Below are positions 25,702-32,000 of a DNA stretch of 32,000 nt, in pieces. Within the stretch, counting starts at the first letter, position 1. The number at the start of each line of letters is the position of its first letter. Location of the stretch: contig JBJLBP010000001.1 of assembly GCA_045568075.1 (NCBI GenBank), forward strand, positions 330,001 to 362,000. The letters are read 5' to 3'. Under the pieces are notes generated by a model. That model searched no databases. It was not told the origin of the DNA and was given only the letters and a program-made list of their open reading frames with translations. A program made the position numbers and the translations under genes. The stretch is from Candidatus Thalassarchaeaceae archaeon (GTDB taxonomy: Archaea; Thermoplasmatota; Poseidoniia; Poseidoniales; Thalassarchaeaceae).

Positions 25702-27087
25702 TCACAGATACTCTTTTGATTCTCTGAAAATCAGGTTATAGCGGCAGAACTCATCTGGGTCTCCCTCAACTTCTTCCCGTCGAATCAACACATTACCTTC
25801 AGTAAGGTATCGAGCAGTTAGGGCACCTTCGATGATACCATCGTCGAGAGCCCATAGAGGAAGTATGTCCTCCTCATCCGTGAGACTTGAGAGGTTGACC
25901 TTGATATGGAATTCGGGATCGATATCATAACTCAGTTTACCAAGTCCAGCGTACTCCCACCAATCCATCATTTCGTTTAGGAATTCGATGTGGCCCTGTA
26001 TATTTCTCATACTGAAGGATAGTTCCTGCCCGATACGATTCCCCACTTGTCTCAGCAGTGAGGAAATGTCAATTCCGAATGAGCTTAGGCTACCAAGACC
26101 TCCTTTTTCGAGTTCTTTCCTTGCTTCACTGATTTCTGCTCCTGCAGCCATGAAGGCTTTGGGGTTGAATGGGGTATCCGTATCAGGGAGTTCGTCGGTG
26201 ATTTGAAGCACACTCCTTATTTTATCTAGGAATGATCCACTGTCCAAAGTCAACTTCAGAGGATCGACTATCTTCTCCTCAGTGAATCTTTTTGAGGCTG
26301 CTTCGAACGGTATAGCCTCTTCCCATATCCATTCTATGAGGTCGCTTTGTGAATCTGCGAAGTTAGAGGACTGGACAACTAAGGCCACATCGTTCTTACC
26401 TCTACCAACTGGATTTTCTTCAGTTTTCAGATATTGAATAACCTCTGATGAATCCATCACTGCACCCTGAGCATCGAGATCAACCGAATGTCGAATCTCA
26501 ATCGAACTGTCAAGTTCGTTGTAGAATCTTATTGTCCTCTTGTCTAATTGGCCTAGAACTCTAACAACGACGCCTTTCTTTGCTGCTGAATTTACCTCAC
26601 TAAGTGCAGAACTTCTGCACAGGTGAAGAATACCAAACTTCCCTAGGACTAGAACGAGACTCTCTTCAGCCTCATCAGCCATCTTCTCAATTCTCTTGAG
26701 AATGTGGACTCTTTCCTTTAGAACAGCGAACTTGGGTTCGTCGATTGATGCTTTGTTTTCGGCTGAGTCCTTTCCACTTTTCTCACCCGAATCCATTCTT
26801 TTGAATCCCTCTTCAATCCTAGAAAGTTGCTCCCGTCTGATTTCAACGAGATGCTTTACTACATCAGTAATTGAAGGACTGGAGAATCTCATTGGTCTGT
26901 CCGCAGTAGAAGTGACTAACCCTATTTGTTGGAGTCTTTCTAGAGAGTTGTAAGCATCCAATCTGGTTGTTCCGAGTTCTTTTGCCAGTTCGCTAGCCTT
27001 CATGTTGGGGCTTGTTGAAAGGATGATTACAGCATTAGCCTCCCTTTCAGAGAGACCTGCGTCAGAGAGTATCTGAATCCAACTCAT
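25702..27087 (-). CDS. TrmB-family HTH transcriptional regulator with a long (~370 aa) C-terminal region
   Basis: The N-terminus LSEREANAVIILSTSPNMKASELAKELGTTRLDAYNSLERLQQIGLVTS...PMRFSSPS matches the TrmB winged-helix pattern. The C-terminal end (WWEYAGLGKLSYDID...LDDGIIEGALTARY) weakly recalls a V4R-type domain (unverified). Confidence 0.7.
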   Translation of the reverse strand: MSWIQILSDAGLSEREANAVIILSTSPNMKASELAKELGTTRLDAYNSLERLQQIGLVTSTADRPMRFSSPSITDVVKHLVEIRREQLSRIEEGFKRMDSGEKSGKDSAENKASIDEPKFAVLKERVHILKRIEKMADEAEESLVLVLGKFGILHLCRSSALSEVNSAAKKGVVVRVLGQLDKRTIRFYNELDSSIEIRHSVDLDAQGAVMDSSEVIQYLKTEENPVGRGKNDVALVVQSSNFADSQSDLIEWIWEEAIPFEAASKRFTEEKIVDPLKLTLDSGSFLDKIRSVLQITDELPDTDTPFNPKAFMAAGAEISEARKELEKGGLGSLSSFGIDISSLLRQVGNRIGQELSFSMRNIQGHIEFLNEMMDWWEYAGLGKLSYDIDPEFHIKVNLSSLTDEEDILPLWALDDGIIEGALTARYLTEGNVLIRREEVEGDPDEFCRYNLIFRESKEYL

Positions 27088-27091
27088 TTAA

Positions 27092-27559
27092 TCAACTCTC
27101 ACTGGTAACGCTGCTCATTGCTGAAAGGATGTTTGCAACGTGTTGTCTAGGCCTAAACAGCCAATCATAGACGTAGTGAATCTTGTTATCGGGCCCGATG
27201 ACGAAAGAAGATTTGGAGGGAAAGATACCCAAGTGCATCGGAACTTCAAAGCTTTCAGCCACCTTTCTATCCGGATCAGAAAGGAGTGTGAATGGCAATT
27301 GCAGATTCTCCTTGAACTTCTTATGTTGTGAAACGCTGTCACGACTAATTCCAATAATCTCCACAGGAGGTTCCAGAGAACGGAACAGATCGTACTGATC
27401 CTTGAACGAAAGACATCCTCTCTTGCACGTTGGTGAGCGGACCATGGAGAAGAAAAACACGACTTTCCACTGGCCTTTCAACTCGCTGAAGGCGAAATCT
27501 TTGCCCTCACTAGTTTCGAGAGTGAACTCGGATGCCATCTCTCCAATCATTTTAGGCAT
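27092..27559 (-). CDS. bcp: Bcp/PrxQ-type peroxiredoxin (AhpC/TSA thioredoxin-fold family)
   Basis: KVVFFFSMVRSPTCKRGCLSFKD...IIGISRDSVSQHKKFKENLQLPFTLLSDPDRKVAESF fits the Bcp pattern. Cys spacing is C-x3-C (TCKRGC) rather than the usual C-x4-C. Confidence 0.7.
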   Translation of the reverse strand: MPKMIGEMASEFTLETSEGKDFAFSELKGQWKVVFFFSMVRSPTCKRGCLSFKDQYDLFRSLEPPVEIIGISRDSVSQHKKFKENLQLPFTLLSDPDRKVAESFEVPMHLGIFPSKSSFVIGPDNKIHYVYDWLFRPRQHVANILSAMSSVTSES

Positions 27560-27590
27560 AGCAAAAACCCCAAATTAACTCACTTTTAAT

Positions 27591-28223
27591 TCAATCTATA
27601 TCCAGTATGTGACCCATTCTCTGGCGCTTGGTATCGAGATATCTCTGATTAATAGGAGAAATTCCTGTTATGTGCGCCTTGCGTTGAACCACTTGAATTC
27701 CATTGTCTGCTAATCCCTTGACCTTGAGAGGATTGTTTGTCATGAGTCTGACTTTGTTAATTCCAATCTCTTTGAGCATTGTCGCAGCTATCGAGTATTC
27801 GCGCGCATCCGCAGGAAGACCTAGTGCCAAGTTAGCATCCAGAGTGTCGTAGCCCAAATCTTGCAGAGCGTAGGCTTGGATCTTACACTTGAGTCCGATT
27901 CCCCTGCCTTCCTGTCTTAGGTAAGCAATAGCTCCAGAACCCTCTTCCTGAATTCTTTTCATGGCGGCTTGCAGTTGAGGACCGCAATCACACTTCATCG
28001 ATCCGAAAGCATCTCCAGTTAGGCACTCGGAATGAATCCTCACCAAGGGAGATGAATTACTGTTCATTTCGCCTGTGTACAGCAGAGAATGTTCATTTCC
28101 ATCTTCATCGACTGTGACTCGGATTCTGAAATTTCCATATTCAGTCGGCAAGAAAGAATCTGCCTCAATTTCATCGATTCTATCTTTCTTTAGTTGAATC
28201 GTCATGTTCCGCGGTTTGTCCAT
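27591..28223 (-). CDS. ribA: GTP cyclohydrolase II (bacterial-type RibA)
   Basis: VRIHSECLTGDAFGSMKCDCGPQLQAAMKRIQEEGSGAIAYLRQEGRGIGLKCKIQAYALQDLGYDTLDANLALGLPADAREY...RLMTNNPLKV is near-collinear with E. coli RibA (zinc Cys triad present). The start is ATG 28223 or 28205. Confidence 0.9.
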   Translation of the reverse strand: MDKPRNMTIQLKKDRIDEIEADSFLPTEYGNFRIRVTVDEDGNEHSLLYTGEMNSNSSPLVRIHSECLTGDAFGSMKCDCGPQLQAAMKRIQEEGSGAIAYLRQEGRGIGLKCKIQAYALQDLGYDTLDANLALGLPADAREYSIAATMLKEIGINKVRLMTNNPLKVKGLADNGIQVVQRKAHITGISPINQRYLDTKRQRMGHILDID

Positions 28224-28270
28224 TAGGTTATCAATGACTGTTTGTGTTCCTAATGGAAGCAAACACCCGA

Positions 28271-28278
28271 TTATATGC
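28271..28278. promoter_or_regulatory. Near-palindromic TATA element (TTATAT / ATATAA) in the ribA-phr divergent intergenic region
   Basis: It is centred ~26 nt upstream of the phr ATG (28300), the spacing expected for a leaderless archaeal mRNA. On the other strand ATATAA lies ~50 nt upstream of the first ribA ATG. Confidence 0.4.
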
Positions 28279-28299
28279 AGAACTAGTATTGTCGCACAC

Positions 28300-29856
28300 A
28301 TGCACGAGACTAGAGAGGTGGGTTCAGGATCTCCTCACAGTCGTGTGCGTGAATTAAATCATCTACCAATAAATCCGGATGGTGAGTTTGTTCTATACTG
28401 GATGACAGCCTGTCGCAGATTCCATCATAATGCTGCTCTCGAGCGTTGTATACAGATAGCTGTGGAGATGGGGAAGCCAGTACTAGTAGTAGAGCCAGCA
28501 TCTATCAGGCACAAATGGTCAAGCGATAGGATTCTGACTTTCTTGGCACAGGGTATGGTAGACAATCTAGCAATCTTTGAATTCCATGGCATATCGTATC
28601 TACCATGGATCGAGACTCACAAGGAGCCTGGAGATGGCCTACTTCGTAATCTGTCGAGAAAATCATGTGCTGTTGTAGTAGATGACTATCCAACATATCT
28701 TCCAAAGTTTGTAATGGATCGGGCTAGAGAGACATGTTCTGTTCGTTTGGAAGCTGTAGATTCTAACGGTATTATCCCAATGAGTTGGGCTGAAGATGCG
28801 CACCTGACTGCATATTCATACCGTAAGCATGTCCAAAGGAGCCTTGTTGATGCTATGTTCAGCATCCCAAAATACAATCCCATGGATTCCATCAAAGAGA
28901 ATCTCATGGTCAATCCGTCATATCTCGAGTCACTTTTCTCTTCGATAGGAGTTGAAATTACTCCTTACGAATGGTTGTGGAGGTTGGCTCAGGGGGGCGA
29001 GATCGGCGTCGAGGCTTGCTCTCCTCTGGATATTGACCATAGTGTAGGTCCAGTAGAATCAATGCGCGGAGGGAGGTTTGAGGCGCTGATTAGATTCGAG
29101 AAATTTTTGCAAGGAGGATTAGATCGCTACGATACTGGCAGAAATGATACTGATGATCCTGCGACTAGTGGCCTATCACCCTGGATTCACTTCGGACACA
29201 TATCGAGTTTCGAGATAGTTCTAGCAGTATTAGACAAGGCGAATTGGGATATTGGAATGATTTCATTTGAGGATACTGGAAGGGGTTCTCGAAGCGGTTG
29301 GTGGGGGCTTCCTGAGGCATATGAGGGGTTTCTTGATCAAATCATCACTTGGCGAGAACTGGGATTCAATTTCGCACACTACAGAGAGGACCACAATAGC
29401 ATCCATTCCATACCTGCTTGGGCCAAGAAGTCGCTCAATTACCATGCTAATGATGAGCGTCTAGCATACACATTCGAAGAGATTGAGCAGGCCATGACCG
29501 ATGACGAGGTTTGGAATGCTGCACAGCGCCAGTTACTCCGTACTGGACATATTCACAACTACCTTAGGATGGTCTGGGGGAAGAGGATTCTTGAATGGGC
29601 TCCAAACCCCGAAACAGCCGCTGAATGGATGATAATAATCAATGATAAATGGGCATTGGACGGGAGAGATCCAAATTCCTACACGGGTATTTTCTGGGTT
29701 CTGGGTCGACATGATAGAGCCTGGGGTCCTGAGAGACCTATTTTTGGGAAGGTTAGGTACATGTCTTCCAGTAATACGAAAAAGAAATTGAGGCTTGACA
29801 ATTATCTGGCCAAATGGGCTGAGGACGCCCCTATTCCAAAGTCCACGATTAGGTGA
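28300..29856 (+). CDS. phr: Class II CPD photolyase (deoxyribodipyrimidine photo-lyase)
   Basis: TSGLSPWIHFGHIS, ITWRELGFNF, HNYLRMVWGKRILEW, DGRDPNSYTGIFWVLGRHDRAWGPERPIFGKVRYMSS are class II photolyase hallmarks (compare Methanosarcina class II enzyme). ATG 28300 is preferred over the track start at 28204. Confidence 0.9.
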   Translation: MHETREVGSGSPHSRVRELNHLPINPDGEFVLYWMTACRRFHHNAALERCIQIAVEMGKPVLVVEPASIRHKWSSDRILTFLAQGMVDNLAIFEFHGISYLPWIETHKEPGDGLLRNLSRKSCAVVVDDYPTYLPKFVMDRARETCSVRLEAVDSNGIIPMSWAEDAHLTAYSYRKHVQRSLVDAMFSIPKYNPMDSIKENLMVNPSYLESLFSSIGVEITPYEWLWRLAQGGEIGVEACSPLDIDHSVGPVESMRGGRFEALIRFEKFLQGGLDRYDTGRNDTDDPATSGLSPWIHFGHISSFEIVLAVLDKANWDIGMISFEDTGRGSRSGWWGLPEAYEGFLDQIITWRELGFNFAHYREDHNSIHSIPAWAKKSLNYHANDERLAYTFEEIEQAMTDDEVWNAAQRQLLRTGHIHNYLRMVWGKRILEWAPNPETAAEWMIIINDKWALDGRDPNSYTGIFWVLGRHDRAWGPERPIFGKVRYMSSSNTKKKLRLDNYLAKWAEDAPIPKSTIR

Positions 29857-29860
29857 TTAG

Positions 29861-31255
29861 ATGTACAAATATAACCACACGACCACTGTTGAAGCTGATA
29901 TTGAATCTACCTTTGCTTGGTTCGAGCATGAGGGGTCATTTCGGCGACTGATGCCTCCTTGGGAAGTCGCCGAGGAGGTACGAGCAGACGAGTCCCTTGA
30001 GGTTGGGTCGCAAAGGGTGTTCAAATTCCCGATGGGGCCACTCAAGATGACATGGATTGCAGAGCATACTGCTTACGATCCGCCACACCACTTTGCAGAT
30101 ACGATGGTCAAGGGTCCATTCTGGTCCTGGAATCACAATCACGACCTGAAGGAGTCGAATGGAACAACTACGGTTGAAGACGAAGTTACCTACCAAGTTC
30201 CATTCGGACCACTTGGAAATCTAGCCGACAGGGTTCTTGGAGGAATGCTGGTAAAGAGTCGGCTAACGAGAATGTTCAGGGCGCGCGAATTGCGTCTTCA
30301 AAGAGACTTGGAACAGCATTCTAAATTTTCGCATCTTCCTCGAAAGCGTATTTTGGTTGCAGGCTCATCTGGCATGATTGGTACGCAATTGGTAGCATTC
30401 TTGGACACAGGAGGACATGAAGTCTGGAGACTAGTAAGACGACAGCCCAAGCAAGGGGCTAATGAGATTCGTTGGGATCCGAGTAACGGTGAAATTGAGG
30501 CTAGTGAGCTTGAAGGGTTTGATGTCGTAATCCACCTAGGTGGGGAAGGAATAGGTGACAAGCGATGGAACAAGAAGAGGAAAAAGGCTATTCGAGATTC
30601 ACGCGTTAACAGCACGACCCTACTCTCCAATACAATCGCATCCCTGGAGAAAAAACCTGAGGTGTTCGTTCTCGCCAGCGCTATCGGCTGGTACGGCAAT
30701 CGTGGAGACGAGGAACTCACCGAGAAGAGTGCATCCGGCAAGGGTTTTCTCCCTGACGTATGTAACGAGTGGGAGGCTGCTGCAGAGGCCATAGAAGATG
30801 CAGGAATTCGTACGGCTTACTTACGATCTGGCATAGTGCTAGCAGCGACTGGAGGAGCCCTCGGTAAGATGCTACTACCATTCAAGCTCGGTGCAGGTGG
30901 CCCGATGGGAGGTGGCAAACAGTGGATGTCTTGGATTTCTCTTGACGACCAGATTTACGCTATTCACCATCTCGTATTGAATGAAGAATCAAGTGGAGCA
31001 TACAATATCACAGCCCCAAATCCCGAGAGGCAGAAGAATTTTGCAAAGGCTCTGGGTAAGGTTCTGAGACGACCGGCTTTTGCTCCTCTACCAAAATTCG
31101 TAATCAAAATTATATTTGGCGAGATGGGTGAGAAACTGACTCTAGATAGCCAGAGAGTCCTGCCCACTCGACTACAGAAGGAAGGCTATGACTTTGTGCA
31201 TGAAGATCTTGAATCCGCACTGAGAGACTCTCTGGGTATGTGGAGAAATATCTGA
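29861..31255 (+). CDS. Fusion protein: N-terminal SRPBCC/START-like domain + C-terminal SDR39U1/YfcH-type epimerase-family domain (TIGR01777, DUF1731 end)
   Basis: The C-terminal ~300 aa are collinear with E. coli YfcH: ILVAGSSGMIGTQLV, VIHLGGEGIGDKRWNKKRK, ASAIGWYG, RSGIVLAATGGALGKMLLPFKLGAGGPMGGGKQWMSWISLDD. The N-terminal ~150 aa (FAWFEHEGSFRRLMPPW...GPLGNLADRVL) look SRPBCC-like. The AGGTGA SD is formed by the last codon plus stop of phr. Confidence 0.8.
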   Translation: MYKYNHTTTVEADIESTFAWFEHEGSFRRLMPPWEVAEEVRADESLEVGSQRVFKFPMGPLKMTWIAEHTAYDPPHHFADTMVKGPFWSWNHNHDLKESNGTTTVEDEVTYQVPFGPLGNLADRVLGGMLVKSRLTRMFRARELRLQRDLEQHSKFSHLPRKRILVAGSSGMIGTQLVAFLDTGGHEVWRLVRRQPKQGANEIRWDPSNGEIEASELEGFDVVIHLGGEGIGDKRWNKKRKKAIRDSRVNSTTLLSNTIASLEKKPEVFVLASAIGWYGNRGDEELTEKSASGKGFLPDVCNEWEAAAEAIEDAGIRTAYLRSGIVLAATGGALGKMLLPFKLGAGGPMGGGKQWMSWISLDDQIYAIHHLVLNEESSGAYNITAPNPERQKNFAKALGKVLRRPAFAPLPKFVIKIIFGEMGEKLTLDSQRVLPTRLQKEGYDFVHEDLESALRDSLGMWRNI

Positions 31256-31271
31256 CTTATCTCACATATTT

Positions 31272-31760
31272 TCAGTCATCAATTCTTGAGAACAAACTCG
31301 CAAAACCGAGGCTCGAGAGCGCTATAACTGTGGAAAAACCAGGCAAGAAACTTTCACTTTCTGAGTTATCTTCGATTGGAGGCATCTCTTCATTGGGTGC
31401 AGCATTTACGATGATTATTCCCACCATTCCGAAGTCTTCGTGAGGTTCACAGACATACTCAAATGACCCATTTGTACCTCGCTCGAATGTGAATGTGTAA
31501 TCGACATTTCTTGAGGCATCCCCAGAATCAAACAAACCATTTTTGTCTACTGCATTGTGAGCCAATAGCTCTCCACTCCAGAAGAATCTGACCGAATCTC
31601 CCTCGGTTATTGTTACAGTCTCTGGTGAGAATCTGAGGTTGGTACTGTCCACACTAACAACGACCACTTCACCTTCCTCCTGAATCGTTTGAGCCTGAGT
31701 GATCGTAGCCGAAGAAGCCAGAAAAAACGCTAGAAACACAACTCCGATAGCGGTTCTCAT
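31272..31760 (-). CDS. Type-1 blue copper protein (halocyanin/plastocyanin-like cupredoxin) with signal peptide and PGF-CTERM-like anchor
   Basis: Signal-like N-terminus MRTAIGVVFLAFFLASSATITQA. Cu ligands: LAHNAV (His) and YVCEPHEDFGM (C-x2-H-x4-M). C-terminus: an acidic linker, then LPGFSTVIALSSLGFASLFSR (PGF motif + TM + basic residue). Confidence 0.8.
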   Translation of the reverse strand: MRTAIGVVFLAFFLASSATITQAQTIQEEGEVVVVSVDSTNLRFSPETVTITEGDSVRFFWSGELLAHNAVDKNGLFDSGDASRNVDYTFTFERGTNGSFEYVCEPHEDFGMVGIIIVNAAPNEEMPPIEDNSESESFLPGFSTVIALSSLGFASLFSRIDD

Positions 31761-31921
31761 GTTTCGGAACTATCGAATGAGTGTATTAACTGCTGTTTTC
31801 TTAATCATAGTCATTTCATTGCTAAAAATTGGGTTTATCTATGGGTTATTCTGTGGTGAACTGACAGAGATTTATATGTGATTTCGACGAAAAAATACAT
31901 CTGTTCATAACCTCTACTTCG

Positions 31922-32000
31922 ATGGCACGTGACATGATTATCAAGAACATGTTCGCTTTGCTTGCATCGAGTTACGTCTCATTCGGAGTCTCTACGATGG
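31922..32000 (+). CDS. Possible 5' end of a gene running off the window (MARDMIIKNMFALLASSYVSFGVSTM...)
   Basis: An ATG follows an AT-rich 160-nt intergenic region containing ATTTATAT (31871-31878). Only 26 codons are visible. Confidence 0.25.
   Translation, partial: MARDMIIKNMFALLASSYVSFGVSTM

Noticed and set aside
1-32000. Search by eye for CRISPR repeats, IS/transposase, integrase, toxin-antitoxin pairs, rRNA/tRNA genes
   Set aside because: None recognised. All ORFs over 150 aa are accounted for by the features listed, and the intergenic regions are short (44-174 nt).

Overview
Densely coding archaeal chromosomal segment of about 30 genes. The archaeal assignment rests on P0/P1-type stalk proteins, Spt5 (NGN+KOW), SecE/Sec61-gamma, Fap7, a RaSEA-like radical-SAM enzyme and a PGF-CTERM anchor. 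The many bacterial-like accessory genes make me guess a marine planktonic euryarchaeon (MG-II/Poseidoniales-like), but this is unverified. The core is a long minus-strand array: fap7, CDP-alcohol phosphatidyltransferase, ftsZ, secE, spt5, rpl11, rpl1, rpl10(P0), rpl12(P1), then two hypotheticals (15893-23458). The left flank has an AddAB/AdnAB-like helicase-nuclease pair (first gene cut by the window edge), an M20 peptidase, a coiled-coil protein, an ATGA-coupled MFS(UMF1) + membrane-anchored hexapeptide acyltransferase pair, a frameshifted RaSEA-like radical-SAM gene, a coupled pair of unknown membrane proteins and an Obg-family GTPase. The right flank has a CAX antiporter, MscS, a TrmB-family regulator, a Bcp-type peroxiredoxin, bacterial-type RibA, a class II CPD photolyase, an SRPBCC-SDR39U1 fusion and a cupredoxin with a PGF-CTERM-like tail. 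I saw no rRNA, tRNA, CRISPR array, transposase or integrase. Most noteworthy: (1) Spt5 carries a ~145-aa N-terminal Nudix-like domain with a degenerate Nudix box. (2) The rpl11 gene encodes only the C-terminal rRNA-binding domain and starts exactly at the interdomain hinge. (3) A bacterial-style two-subunit helicase-nuclease in which both subunits carry a four-cysteine (Fe-S type) PD-(D/E)XK nuclease, including a 1682-aa AddA-like protein. (4) A 1-nt frameshift splits the RaSEA-like gene. All functional calls come from motif recognition by eye; no searches were run.
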